DNA of 61,314 nt, filler included, from Hausera hauseri (GCA_046269625.1; 9 parts of 9 records of this genome joined end to end with filler, not necessarily neighbours in it); one strand, 5' to 3'. Shown: positions 14,539-27,650, counted from the whole stretch's first letter. Numbers and translations: made by a program. The notes: generated from the letters alone by a model not told the origin.

Positions 14539-15072
14539 TACAGAAGCAGCTAACCGAATGGAAAATTTCGAGGGGGAGAAGAGAGGGAAACGAAATTTTG
14601 AAATTGGACAGAAAGCAAGAAAAGATGCTTATCAGTTCGAAGGACCGCATCAAATAATTCGATAAATTTAGGCATTTGACTGTTGCCATGGTATGTCCGT
14701 CGTATGAGGAGTCAAATTTTAATTTCAAATTAAATACCCAATTTAACCTGTCTATTCCCACAAAAATATTGTTGTCATAATGCAAAACAGCTATTGCTTG
14801 AAAATCAAATAAACAATTTGTCAACACGTCCTTCCAGAATGTTGTGCAATTTATTGATTTCTCAAATGTCTTTTTAGTTATTGTTTGTTCGTTATTCTGA
14901 ATGCACTCACGCCATTGTTTTAATCAATAACTAAACAGTTTTTCTTCACTAAAGTTATACGTTACAAAAGGACGTGTCTGATCATCTGATATTATTCAAA
15001 AATGATCTGAATTCAGTGGCTACGTCATTACATTGAGTTATATTCATGTTCAGTAATTTGTACTCATTTTAG

Positions 15073-18000
15073 ATGAATCAAATATGTTCCTGTTTACTTG
15101 AACTTAACGAATTGCTACAACCAACAACACAACTACCAAAATGGTATCAAAGGAAAATTTCAGATCCCTACTCATCTGTTGGTGAATATACTCAAAGGCA
15201 ATTCGATATTTTAAAAGAAGATTGTATTCGTGATCTCAGAATTGCTCTAAATCTACTCCGAGAAAAATCCTGCGACTTTTCCAAGTTAAAATTTTACGAA
15301 TTCGGCGAGTCGGAAAAGAAACAGAAACTCAAACTATGGACGTATCATTCGGTAGAGTTGTCAAATTTTTCATTTCAAGTATTCGACGTTGTTTACAAAA
15401 TTCGGTTTCAATGCTGTGATGAAGTCGATTGGTCTGAAGGTAAACGATTTCGATATGGGTCTCTACTTTGTTTGAGTTGTGATAACTTTGAAAATTATTA
15501 TTTTGCTGTCGTGGCGGACAGTAATATTGACGATTTTATTAATGAAGAGGTGACCATAAGGTTCCTGAAATGTCCATTGATTAGCGATGATATGCAATCA
15601 AAATCATTTCAAATGATTGAGATACAGGCATTCTATGAGTCATATATTCACGTATTAAAACAACTGAAAAGGCTGACTGATGAAACATTCCCATTTCCCG
15701 ACTATTTCCTGAGGAACTGTACGGCACCAAAATGTTCAACATGTTACGAAGGCGAGATGTATTGTGAGGAAGACATGGACAAGTCCCAGAGAGAGGCGTA
15801 TCATGCTGCACTAGAACAAAATCTATCTGTTATCCAGGGACCACCTGGAACGGGGAAATCGACAGTTGGATTCCGCGTTGTAGAGACAATTCTCAAAGCA
15901 TACCATTATGGTGAAATGGAACAATCACCGATATTGATCACCTGCTACACGAATCAGGCATTGGATGAGTTTTTAGAAAAGGTTCTTCGCAATTCCAAAT
16001 ACTGTGAAGAAGATGATCTAATACGAATCGGAACGATGAGTGAAAGTGAAATGATAAAAAACTGCAACATTCAATATCATGTGAAAAATTGGACAAGTGA
16101 ACGCAAATTTCCTTATCATTTGGCACGAAGGTACCGAATAGTTCTCAGTAGCCTCTATACTTTAAAAGACCTTGTGAGGGATGGAAATGAAGCGGAATTT
16201 CGACGACGAATTGACGAATACAAAGGCTTATGCAAAGAATTTCGACGGTGTAAGATGGAACAACACAAATATATCATGAAATCATCAAAGGTCGTTGGTA
16301 TGACAACTACAGCATGTGCCAGATATGGAAAGGTACTTAAAGACATCGGGTTCAACGTTGTTGTAATGGAGGAAGCTGCTGAAGTATTAGAATGTCACAC
16401 CATTTGTTCATTGACATCTAAATGTAACCAGCTCGTTTTGATTGGGGATCATCAACAACTCCAGCCATCGACTTCAGTTCAAGAATTTGGAAAATTGTAC
16501 GACATGAATATATCCCTATTTGAACGTCTTATAATCAATGGGTATCCGTATAACACATTATTAAAACAACGACGGATGAGACCGGAAATATCAGTCTGCA
16601 TATCTCCAATCTACCGCAAATTGAATAATCATTCTTCTGTCAAGAATTACCCAAATGTTCCTGGCCTACGAAAAAATATTTACTTTTTCGACCACATGCA
16701 CCGTGAGAAAGTTTCATTGGAAACATCATACATCAACCACTTTGAAGTGAGATTTATTAAAGGTCTGTGTGATTTCCTGTTGGACAAACATGTCGACGGG
16801 TCCAGAATCACCATACTGACCGCATACAAAGGACAACAACAATATATTCGACAACAATTGGAAGATGATAAATACAAAGATATCACAAAAGTAACCCTAG
16901 ATGGGTATCAAGGAAAGGAGAACGATATTATTATTTTGTCCTTAGTCAGATCCAAACGAATAGGGTTTTTGAAAAATCCCCGTCGAATTTGTGTGGCACT
17001 ATCTCGAGCTCGTCATGGATTTTTTCTCATTGGCAACATGACGTTATTATCTTCCAGCTCGAAGTTGTGGCAAAACTTAAAGACGATTCTGGATGGGAAA
17101 TGTGGCCAACAGATGCCGATAATGTGCGGATTAGACAAACACGAGTGTTACATACGTAATGCTGATGATTTCTATAGGACGGATTTGTGCACGTCTATTT
17201 GTGGTGTACCCTTTAATTGCGGGAGACATAGTTGTACCCGAGTGTGTCATTCTGGTGATCATGGTATATGTACAGGTAAGGTGTTATATAGTTGCCCTAA
17301 TAATCGTCATACTATGGTGAGGCAATGTAATGAATCAGCTACAACATCATGCCATACTGAAACAATAACGGAACTGTTATGTGGCCATTCAGTTGAACAT
17401 CCATGCAATGAACTACCTCCGAAATGTCAGAAACAAGTTTATAAACCCTTAACATGTGGTCATGAGAAATTGATGTTGTGTAATGAAACGGAATGTCAAG
17501 TTAATTGTCAATCACCATGCGGTAAACTAATGGATTGTGGTCACCGATGCAGTGGTGTGTGTAATGATTGTACAGTCAATAAGACACACACACAATGCAA
17601 ACAACAAGTAGTTATCCAACTACCTTGTAAGCATCGCTATCGTCTGGAATGTTATCGACGAAAGAGTCCTATCAAATGCACATCAAAATGTTCTAAAACC
17701 CTTGCTTGTGACCATGAATGTAAAGGAAATTGCAGCACATGCACAACATCTGGCAATCATCAAGTATGCCAAGAAATCATCCAACTGCAACTACCATGCA
17801 TCCATACCATAAACATCATTTGCAGTGAGAAGCATCAAAAATACATCTGCCAGAATAAGTGTCACAAAACCCTCTTCTGTGGACACAAATGTACTTACGA
17901 ATGCATCGAATGTTTCGGTGGACGTCTCCATCGACCATGTACACAAAAATGTTTGAAATCCTTATTTTGTTCTCACCCTTGTCGACGACTATGCCATTCT

Positions 18001-18510
18001 GGAGCCTGCAGAGAATGTCAGCAGAATTGCTGGACGAGCGCTATCGCAAATTGCTGCAACTATCGCATCCCCGTTCCTCAAGCGTATTTGACACAATGCG
18101 ATTCAATGTTACGCCATAATACCCCCGTCGAATTGCGTAATAATTTACAAAATATACGGTGTATGTTATCGGATGAACTCGTCACGAAAGACAAATTAAA
18201 AAGTATCGAAAACTGTCTGAAATATTACGAAAAATTCATCCAAACTGTAATTCGCATTCCACAACTTCTCCATGATGATGTTCTAATTTACAAGACGCAT
18301 ATTTCGTTGTCCATCAAGTATATCTCCGAATGGCTAAATCCCTTCTGTAGAAATTTCCAAACAGATGATATTTCCAGTCTGGATTATGAACTGAATCGTC
18401 TTCATCATATCGGTTTGTTATGTAGCCATGTTCAATCCAGAAAAATGAAGATAACACTGAATACATTATACTACTCAATGGGATTATTGATTCCCAATAT
18501 GATGGATTAG
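15073..18510 (+). CDS. ZNFX1: NFX1-type zinc finger-containing protein 1-like (UPF1-like SF1 RNA helicase plus NF-X1 zinc fingers); probably a large terminal exon
   Basis: Intact 1145-aa frame with RYGSLLCLS, Walker A QGPPGTGKS, CYTNQALDEFLE, Walker B variant MEEAAE, LIGDHQQLQP, SLFERL, QRRMRPEI, YQGKENDIIILSLVRS and RICVALSRAR, followed by repeated CGH/CxH Cys-rich units. The ATG is directly preceded by ttttag, a possible splice acceptor. Confidence 0.93.
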   Translation: MNQICSCLLELNELLQPTTQLPKWYQRKISDPYSSVGEYTQRQFDILKEDCIRDLRIALNLLREKSCDFSKLKFYEFGESEKKQKLKLWTYHSVELSNFSFQVFDVVYKIRFQCCDEVDWSEGKRFRYGSLLCLSCDNFENYYFAVVADSNIDDFINEEVTIRFLKCPLISDDMQSKSFQMIEIQAFYESYIHVLKQLKRLTDETFPFPDYFLRNCTAPKCSTCYEGEMYCEEDMDKSQREAYHAALEQNLSVIQGPPGTGKSTVGFRVVETILKAYHYGEMEQSPILITCYTNQALDEFLEKVLRNSKYCEEDDLIRIGTMSESEMIKNCNIQYHVKNWTSERKFPYHLARRYRIVLSSLYTLKDLVRDGNEAEFRRRIDEYKGLCKEFRRCKMEQHKYIMKSSKVVGMTTTACARYGKVLKDIGFNVVVMEEAAEVLECHTICSLTSKCNQLVLIGDHQQLQPSTSVQEFGKLYDMNISLFERLIINGYPYNTLLKQRRMRPEISVCISPIYRKLNNHSSVKNYPNVPGLRKNIYFFDHMHREKVSLETSYINHFEVRFIKGLCDFLLDKHVDGSRITILTAYKGQQQYIRQQLEDDKYKDITKVTLDGYQGKENDIIILSLVRSKRIGFLKNPRRICVALSRARHGFFLIGNMTLLSSSSKLWQNLKTILDGKCGQQMPIMCGLDKHECYIRNADDFYRTDLCTSICGVPFNCGRHSCTRVCHSGDHGICTGKVLYSCPNNRHTMVRQCNESATTSCHTETITELLCGHSVEHPCNELPPKCQKQVYKPLTCGHEKLMLCNETECQVNCQSPCGKLMDCGHRCSGVCNDCTVNKTHTQCKQQVVIQLPCKHRYRLECYRRKSPIKCTSKCSKTLACDHECKGNCSTCTTSGNHQVCQEIIQLQLPCIHTINIICSEKHQKYICQNKCHKTLFCGHKCTYECIECFGGRLHRPCTQKCLKSLFCSHPCRRLCHSGACRECQQNCWTSAIANCCNYRIPVPQAYLTQCDSMLRHNTPVELRNNLQNIRCMLSDELVTKDKLKSIENCLKYYEKFIQTVIRIPQLLHDDVLIYKTHISLSIKYISEWLNPFCRNFQTDDISSLDYELNRLHHIGLLCSHVQSRKMKITLNTLYYSMGLLIPNMMD

Positions 18511-20317
18511 TTATGCAGAATGTTTCTAATAAAATGAAGTTATCGAACATTAAATAAATATTATTCTTTCGCTGGACTTCTAAATAAATATTTTGAATTT
18601 GACTTAACTTTAACTCCCATTTTTCTTTTATGTTATGTATGATTCAAACATATTTTAGAGGTGACTCATCAATATGACCAATTAATTTCAAATTAATGCT
18701 GTGTGCATTTTTCTGAAACGTTTAAACAAACGCAACTTTTTGTTGGTTTTTATTTTTTACAAATTCGGAGATGAATCCGTGAAATTGTCACTAATTGCTA
18801 AGAAACTTCCGCGCCGTCTATAGTCCAAAAATGTTCCACGTGTTTATTGGTATTGGTCACAGGTTGTAGGAATGGTTCATAAAGTAATTATTTACTTTGG
18901 ACTCGGCAGTACAATTTTTGATTAATCAATACATTTTGTTGGTTATTTCGTTTGATATTTCCCATGTCTTTTTAGTTTGTATTAGAATTAATTAAAATTT
19001 CTGTATGGTAATGTATTATAAAATATGTAATGTTTATATATGGGAAAGATGAAAAATTCAGAAAAGGCATAAATCACGTCATAGTGCGTAATCTTCAAAT
19101 CACAATGAGGCAACGGATGTTGCTAACTTTGATCTGGGTAGCGATTTGTCTTGAGTCCATGTAGATAAAGCTGGAGATGACCGTTTCGAGTTTTCTGGAA
19201 TAAAAACACATGTTGAAGTATAAATAGAAATTAAGAAGGGACGTCTGTAGATATTGTGTCATAAAATATGAACGACGCACGATATACAGAATACCTTTAA
19301 TATGATTACGTTTCATTGTACTAACCAGTTGCTGGACGAAATGTTGTTGTAGTTGGTGGCCGGATTTCTTCTTTTGTCTTTCGTGAAGTTTCCGTCTCAT
19401 TATCAATAACCAAAATATTGACTTGAGATGATGCCTTTGATGTTGATGGCTTACTGAACTTGGTCTCATTTCCATTGTAAGCTGCCGTCTATAACTGCAT
19501 TTCAATTCGTTACTAAATTGTTACTTACAGTATATCTGGATGTTTGTGTGGCTGTATCGATGAACCTTGAATGAACGACCTCCGTGGTAATGGCTGATTG
19601 TATCATAGAGACGATTAGTGCCTTTTCTCTGAATATATATTTAGTTATTTATTCTATCAGCTACATATGTTGTAAATAGAGCTCGGACGCAATGTAGCTG
19701 AGATGTATAGCTGAACAGTATGTAATTACGGATAACCAAAGTGACACTGAATGGTTATTCTTAAAGGAATAAAAAGCGACAATAAGGTATAGGCAGAAAA
19801 TCGAAACAATTCATAGGAAAAGGAAAAAAGAGAAAATTAATTACTCGGGCTTAAGAGTATAAATGAGATGAAGAAAACGAAGCAGACAGAAATTTTGCAA
19901 TTATTGATCGTGAATTACTTGATTCGTGAGAAGAAACTTCGAATTTAACTTTGTATTGCTGAAACTTTGATTTCTACCGATCCGTTCTTATAGTTTTGCT
20001 TCGCTTCTTAAAAGCAATTAGACAACCCTAAGTCGTAAAATCTCAGAGGAAAATTCATAGTTAAGTCGAGAATTATACCAAAATTTCGCACGAGACTGCA
20101 CGCATTTACCCGCACAGTATTAAAATCAGTCATACAAGTAAGGCACATTCTGTCTAACCGATAACGGTAGACCTTACTTGCATATAGATATATTAAATTC
20201 AAGTGTAATATCTATTATATAGTAGGAGATAGTTAAGGGCCACCCCAATATATAACATACATTGCTTCGAACTTGTAGTGATCAACTTCCAACCGTGAAA
20301 TTATTTAATCAATAATG

Positions 20318-20417
20318 NNNNNNNNNNNNNNNNNNNNNNNNNNNNNNNNNNNNNNNNNNNNTTAATTAATTAANNNNNNNNNNNNNNNNNNNNNNNNNNN
20401 NNNNNNNNNNNNNNNNN
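20318..20417. other. Artificial contig linker
   Basis: N44-TTAATTAATTAA-N44. Confidence 0.99.
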
Positions 20418-20514
20418 CTCCTGTGGTCCTTTTTAGGGCCACGGCCCTTGCTCAGGGCCCATCAACAAGAGCTGACGCTCGTCGATGAGGAGATTGATAA
20501 CATCAACATCAACA

Positions 20515-21330
20515 TATCGGAATCTTTTCATATTGGAACCTTTTCATGTCAGCAACTTTTCATGTGGGCAGCTTTGCATGTTGACAACTTTTAAGTAGGC
20601 AACTTTTCATGTTGCTAACTAATCATGTCGGCAACTTTCATGTCCGCATTTTGTCAAGTTTTCATATCAGCAAATTTTCATGTTGGCAACTTTTTATGTC
20701 GACATCTTTTCATGTCGACAACTTTTCATGTCGACAGTATCAATGTCGGCAAAATTTCATGTTTGTAAATTTTTATGTGGGCATCTTTTCATGTAGATAA
20801 CTTTTTGTGTCAGAAATTTTTCTTGTCTGCAATTTTCTTCTCCACAAATTTTCATGTTGGTAGCTTTTCATGTCGGTAGCTTTTAATGTCGGTAGGTTTT
20901 GACATTGGCAATTTTTCATATTGGAAATTTTCAAGTCGCCAACTTTTAATATCGGTAACATTTTATGTCGTCAACTTTCGTATTGGCAATTTTTCATGTT
21001 GGTAACTTTTCATGTCAGCAATTTTTCTTATTGGTTATGTTTCACTTGGGCAACTTTTCATGTTATCAACTTTTCTTGCTGAACATTTTCATGTCCGTAT
21101 GTTTTCATTTTGGCAAATTCTCATCTTGTAAACTTTTCATGTTGGCAAATATTCATATTGGCAGCTTTTCATATTGGCAACTCTTCATTTTGGAAATTGT
21201 TCATGTCGACAACATTTCATATTGGAAATTGTTCGTGATGGCAACTTTCAAAACGGCAAATTTTCATGTTGACAACTTTTCATGTAGGAAGTTGTTCATG
21301 TTGGCATCTTTCTCTATTGCTTTGGCAAAC
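20515..21330. repeat. 16-bp minisatellite, about 50 degenerate copies
   Basis: A unit close to CAACTTTTCATGTTGG is repeated head to tail with no unique spacers. Confidence 0.9.
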
Positions 21331-22075
21331 TCCTGTATTTGTTTCTTTCTATACAATTTAACTTAGTCCCACAGCATTATGAATACCTTATGGGAATAAA
21401 GTGTTAGCTCCTGCACTTTTTTAGGTTTCGGGTTTTCTCGCCGCATTTATGTCCCAGGTTTTCATCCTGGTACCCATTTCAGGCTGGGTTAACCTGAGGT
21501 CTGGTGGCCAGAATTGAGCCCGCGCCACTAGACTCAGCAGCCCTGTGCTTCCTACGCACACATTCTCTAATATCTTTCAGAACATTGTCTGTATGTAAAC
21601 TACTTTGAAGAGTTTTTTTGTAGTAATTTTTAACCTTTGCTTTCATGTTCTTGAATGTTGTTCTTAGTTTCATATGTTTTTGTTTTTTTAGCTCTACTAA
21701 CTACACAGTCCATTTTTTAACCATTGTGATTGATAAGCATAATTTTCTTGTTGGTTGTTTAACTTTAGTATTATTCTATAATATTTGTATCTTCTAGTGA
21801 TGTCACTTTCTCTTCTTCATACCAACTTTTGAGGAGTCTCTAGCTGTTTCAGTCAAGGCAGCCTCACCCTAACGAAGTCCCCCGAAGGACGAGTAAACAG
21901 GTTTTTTGCACACGCCAAGCGAGAGCAGATTCAATAGATGGATGAAAAACTCACGTGACAAAAGTCAATGACAAAGGAAATAGAAAAAAAAATTTAAACA
22001 AAAACTCAGAATAAAGGAAACATGAGTTTTTCATTCGTCTGTTGGAGCCGCTTTATAGTAGCATTGCTGCTATTT

Positions 22076-22360
22076 GGAGCCGCAATAACGTAGTGGTTAG
22101 TGAGCTCACATTCGATCGTACGGTCGGGAATTGAATCCCATCTGTGACGGGTGAATTTTTCCGAACAAAACAGCTCTAGTTGGTCCACCCATCCTCAAAA
22201 AATGGGTACCGAAATCATTCTCTGGCAACGTAACGGCAGCCTGGCGTTATGCTGACCACATATCCAATTACGTGTCTTTGGTCACTGAAAATATGGACAC
22301 TAACTCCATGTTCCCTTATACGCTTTTAAAGCTTGAATGTGTTATCTGTACTTTAATTTT
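22076..22360 (+). mobile_element. tRNA-derived SINE (Nin/Deu-domain-like core)
   Basis: A-box-like TAACGTAGTGG (22086-22096) and B-box-like GAATTGAATCC (22128-22138), then ggtccacccatcctc..aaatgggtacc and gtaacggcagcctggcgttatgctgaccac, which resemble the conserved core of invertebrate SINEs. Confidence 0.65.
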
Positions 22361-24329
22361 ACTGCAAATTGTCATCAGGAGGTGGGTTAATGGTTGAAAT
22401 ATGACTTTTAGTCATAAAGGCAGTACGAATTAAGTTGCTAAACAAACGGCTCTGTACTGACTTTATGTGTTAATCAAGTAAGATGCAGTGGCTAATATGC
22501 TGTGGTTCTGTCTAGAAATTAATAAAATGTCAAGAAAGATACTTGCCAAAATGTGACAACGTACAGTCACATGGTTTTATCACGATTTTGTATTACTGTT
22601 GTTAACTGACTATGTGTTCGAAGGCACGAATCATGTTAACACGTTCATGGAGACGGACGTACTGTATTGATGGCGACTCATATCCGGACCTGATACATAA
22701 TGCACGTTATAATGTCAGCCATGACGAATATATACAATGCCAGCTCTGACAAATATACACAATGTCATCTCTGACGAATACACACAATGCCAGCTCCGAA
22801 TCATAGTCAGCCATGATCCTCTGCCTACGTACAAGGTTTTTCACTGGACAACGGTAGGGAAATCTGCCGGCTAACGGGTGGTGGAATGAATGAATAAATT
22901 AATCTTTATTTAACCAGGGTTGAGGCTCGGGATGGTTCTCAGTTATATGGTGGATCACGTCTAGGAGGCCAAGCATTGCACTAATGCCTGAAATGAACAT
23001 ATTTCTGTACTGCCGAAACTGCATCCGGACGTATCAATGGCCGACCCAGCCTGCACAATTGTTTAAATGTAACGAGGACTGTATTTTACCCTGACATTTG
23101 GAAACGACCACTGTGGTTGGATTAACTATCTTTGATGTTGTTAACCTACCTTCCTAGTTTTAGATGAGTAAATCATTCTGGACCCATGTTTGGCTAGGTC
23201 GCTGATGAAAATCAGTCACTGAAGCCAAAAGAGCGTGTCAAAGTTCAGCTTAGTCAAAAGCTTTACCATTCGAGATTATGGACATTTTCCTAAGTCTGCT
23301 TCGTTAAATTCGTTTCTATCCTTCGGAATATCTTTAAGTTTTGCAACTTAATAAGCAGAGCCTTATTTATCATATTTATTAAATTCTTCAGCAGGAGCAA
23401 TTTTTCCACTTATAAATCGTAACTACACAGATTTTAAATGTGTGATTTGATTTTTTTAATTGAACAATTATCCACTAATTAAAAACATGATTTGACAATT
23501 CATTGGTCACATGTAGACAACAGAGGAGAGCTTAAAAAAGGTGTCTTTCGCTGTTTATTCTATTTTATCCTGTGACGTCTCTGCAGTTAAGTTTGCTAAT
23601 AATGGATTTCAAGTAGTTTTTATTTTTCGTCTTGACTGACCATTTCTTGATATTGTTCTCACATATGTATCTTGTGGGCTTCCGAATTTCGCGCCTTTGA
23701 ATTTTTCTTCTAGACTTGTCTTGAACAGATTGTTGCGTCTTTTGATATTCACTTTATTTGATGTAAATAAATATGAAATTCTGGATAAAAGAATGGACAT
23801 AAAATAGAATTGCAAAGTGTATGGTACATACAAAGTGTATAGTACAATATGAAACAGATTTTGACTAGACACACGAAAAAAACGATGCATCAGTTCTTAC
23901 TTAAAGCCAAAAAAAGTAAAGCGAAAAATAAACAATGGCGAAGGTAAATTATATTCAAGGAATAAAGGGTTTGTTTTAAAACCGTAACACGGATAGTGAA
24001 AGTAAGTTAAAACAATCATTGCTCGGGAATCATTATGTCAGATTAGTGTCGTTGCGTAACATCTTATGGTATTTCCTTACTAAATACGGCCACATTTACT
24101 GCAGGTAATCACAAGTGTGATACGGATAGGTCTGCAGTCTGAGGGTGTTACAATTTACCTCACGCAGCGGTTAAGTAATCCTTAAAACGCGCGTGGAAGA
24201 TTTCAGACACAGATTTTCTTCATCTTTACAAACATTCACAAAAAGTATAACTGTTCGTTGTAGTTATGAAACATGTGTGGCCTCTGTTGATTGTGCATAT
24301 GGCGACAATCGACTGTATGTTTTAGTGTT

Positions 24330-24650
24330 TGTTTGCCATCTTTCCAATCAGCCAGTTTTGTCTGTGACCTGTATGATGAAATTTCCATTTATTTTCCCAC
24401 GTCACCACTTTTGGTAGTTATTTATAAGACACTTGATTTGTTATGTTTCTTCTAGATCTGTTTTATCAAGAATTATTTGTTCTGTCTTTATTTAGCATTT
24501 ATTCTCATGACCTTTCTTACTTCTGTATGTATTTTTAGACCCACAGTTTTCGATAACTATTAACTCTGATGGTTTTCCTGTCTGTATCACCTCTTTAGTG
24601 TTTGAATGCAGTGTTACACCATCGTCAAAGTCTAGATCCTATAATTCTTT
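24330..24650 (-). mobile_element. RTE-like LINE reverse transcriptase remnant
   Basis: The frameshifted translation DLDFDDGVTL...GLKIH...KVMRI...LEE resembles the DLDFADD...GLKIN..KTKVM segment of RTE reverse transcriptases. Confidence 0.55.
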
Positions 24651-25462
24651 TGTGTAGGGGGGGGGGGGGGCAGCATCTTTCTGGAATCAGCGGTTGCTTT
24701 TTCTCAGTGGCTCAAACCTGACCGTCCACCTTGACCTCCCAAGTTCAGTGTATGGATCCCAGAAGCCACCCCCTCGGTAACAGTCTCGACCGACTGGCTA
24801 AACTACACTGAGCGCCTTGCTCATGTTGGTGTGTCTGTGGTTCCCTACCAGCCTACGACAGCGTGACAGCAAGACCATCCCTGCAGCACTCTTAGTGAAG
24901 GCACCAGAGTATATGACGTGACGATCCCTTTGACAGAGCAAATGAGTTCTCAGACTAGCTGCTAAACATAGTTATTTCCAGGATACAGAGGTCATCGCGT
25001 GATGGGGACTGCATAACTGTGAGCCCACTGGATCTGTAGATACTGGAGTGTGGGATAACTAACAGTGGTACAGAAAGCAATTTGGAGCTAGCAAGGGGAG
25101 ATAAAATACTCCCCAGTGATTATGGTACAGTAGTAGTTATACGTGCGCGTTTCGAGTCTATTTCATGGGTGGTGCAAATGGCTTATAAAAGAAGTATTAT
25201 GTCTCTTGACACCACCCATAGTAATGTTACATGAGGAATAAGGGAGACAACTCGACCGAGTAAGGTAACAAGACTCGGTCTTTTTCTGCCGACTCAGCAT
25301 TTTTAATTTTTCATCCTCATCATTTTTGATGACGTAATTAATTTGTTGTATAGTTAGATAACATAGGTGGATAATAGTATGGGGTAGGGGTGATGGGGCG
25401 GGGGTGATAGTGTTATCGTGTACCTTATAAGGCTTTATTATTTATTAGTGACCTTCCATCAC

Positions 25463-25562
25463 NNNNNNNNNNNNNNNNNNNNNNNNNNNNNNNNNNNNNN
25501 NNNNNNTTAATTAATTAANNNNNNNNNNNNNNNNNNNNNNNNNNNNNNNNNNNNNNNNNNNN
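25463..25562. other. Artificial contig linker
   Basis: N44-TTAATTAATTAA-N44. Confidence 0.99.
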
Positions 25563-27650
25563 ACCACAGACGCATCTACCACGGCTGTAGGCGCGGTACT
25601 TCATCAGATCTACAAGGGAGAAAACCAACCTTTAGAATTCTTTTCTCGTAAACTAACGGCACCTGAGACTCGATACTCCACGTTTGATCGCGAACTATTG
25701 GGAATCGTCCTAGCCTTAAAACACTTCTCACACCTACTCGTAGCCCGTCATTTCACAATACAAACCGACCATAAGCCCCTGCTAAACGTCATGACCATGA
25801 AAAACCCTTCCACACGCCAAGAGCGTCAAATATCATACCTATCGACATTTAATTTCCACATTAAACACATTAACGGAGTTAACAATTTGGTTGCCGATTT
25901 TCTATCCAGATCTGTTAGTTCAATCAACTTTTCCCCTATCTTTACGCATGAACAACTTCAACAAAACCAGCCAACTCAAGACATACTTAAGTCTTTTAAA
26001 TCTTGCACAGTCGTTGACGGCGTGGCTTTGGACACCTCCAAATTAGGCCATTCAGTAATAATTCTAGCACCTTCATTGCAAAGACAAGCATTCCACCACG
26101 TGCATTCACTACACCATCCTGGTGCTAAAGCCACTTTTCGCCTCCTCCATAGACAAGTAATATGGCCGTCAATGCGTTCCGATGTGCAGGCATGGGTTAA
26201 GGAGTGTGTGGCATGCCAAAAATACAAAACCACCAAGCATTTAAAGCCACCACTATTCCATTTTCCCTGCACATCGCGTTTTGAATCCGTGCATATCGAC
26301 ATCGTTGGCCCTCTCCCTCCAGACAACGGCCATCAGTTCATTCTTACCATGATGGACCGTTCCTCGCGATGGCCCGAAGCCATCCCTTTGCGGAGCACAA
26401 ACACCGACACCATAGCTGATGTTTTCATTCGCACATGGATTAGCAGGTTTGGATCACCTCGTTTCATCATCACGGACCAAGGTCCACAATTTGAATTCAA
26501 CCTGTTTAAATCCCTTGTTAACCGATTGGGGATCCACCACGTACATACTACGCCTTATCATCCCAATCGAATGGCCTCCTAGAACGCTTCCACCGTACCT
26601 TGAAAACGTCACTGAGAATTCTTGTAGAGTCCAACAGTAGTTGGACCAATCTTCTTCCATTCGTTCTGCTTGGCTGGCGGAACACTCCGTCCACCTCTAC
26701 AGGATGCTCACCTACTGAAGCCTTATTCGGAGCTCCTGTCCGCTCATTATTCGAACTAACCGCTTTAAAAGGCACTCCCACAGATGATACAATACGGGCG
26801 GTGCAAAATCACTTTGTTGAGGTCAGCAGGAATGCGTTTTGCAGGTTACTTCACAAAGATAAAACATACCTACCTGAAGATTTGTACATGGCTAAATTTG
26901 TTTGGCTGAAGAATCAAGCACCTTGCTGTTTCCAGCCACGGTATCTGGGCCCCTATAAACTTATACAGCTACACTCGCATAATGCCATCATATCTAAAGA
27001 CGGTAAAGACTTCACAGTTCACATTACCAACTTAAAGTCTGCTTTCTTTGTCGACGACACCTTACCAACCGATACGCCAAACTCTTTTCTTACTTTTCCA
27101 CTCCCTGCTATCACTACATCTATTGCTACACCACTTCACCTTCCTCTTCCGCGCCTAGTCTTGCTTCATCATTTCCTACACTTCCTTCTTCTATTACTAT
27201 CACTACTTCTGTTTCATTTTCTTCTTCCACTCCTTCATTCAACACAACTCCAATCTCTACTCCAACTTCTTCTTTCCTTCCTCTATCCATCAATACACCT
27301 TTTATCACTCCTTCGTCTTCTAACACTCTTTTCAATATTTATCCCTCCATATTCAACAATCACTTTTCCTTCTTCACCTTCTTCTTCACCTTCTTCACCT
27401 TCCCCTTCATCTTCGCACGACATAACACCTACACCAAAAACTACCAATTTTTCCCCAACCTCAATCTCTGCAGACACATGGTATAAACGCACAACAAGAA
27501 GAGTCACATTCAGCCAATATAGTAGGGAAAAATCAGTCGAAGGTATTCAACGCCTTATACACACTAAGCTCAACTAACACAAACACTTCGTTTTGCGTTT
27601 TTTTCTGTCTGTTTTATCCTTTATAGCTTCAACTTTGCTACGAGGGGTGA
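25563..27650 (+). mobile_element. CsRn1-like Gypsy pol 3' part (RNase H, integrase, tail) and PPT (copy A)
   Basis: Motifs TTDAS..AVGAVL, TDHKPL, VADFLSR, HSLHHPG..CVACQ, HIDIVGPL, TDQG, YHP and GPY. The tail ends RRVTFSQYSREK...TKLN* at 27577. The PPT GAGGGGTGA lies at 27642-27650. Confidence 0.95.

Noticed and set aside
14540-14660. Possible integrase GPY/F remnant (RNFEIGQK..FEGPHQI)
   Set aside because: Too short, and at a contig edge, to support a call.
20515-21330. Possible CRISPR array or repeat-protein ORFs (20609-20800, 20965-21366)
   Set aside because: Contiguous degenerate 16-bp units with no unique spacers and no cas genes. The ORFs are by-products of the repeat.
22076-22150. 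tRNA gene
   Set aside because: A and B boxes are present, but there is no convincing cloverleaf and it continues into a SINE core.
24800-24940. Possible R2/NeSL restriction-like endonuclease remnant (ERLAHV...YDVTIP)
   Set aside because: Only two short motifs in broken frames.
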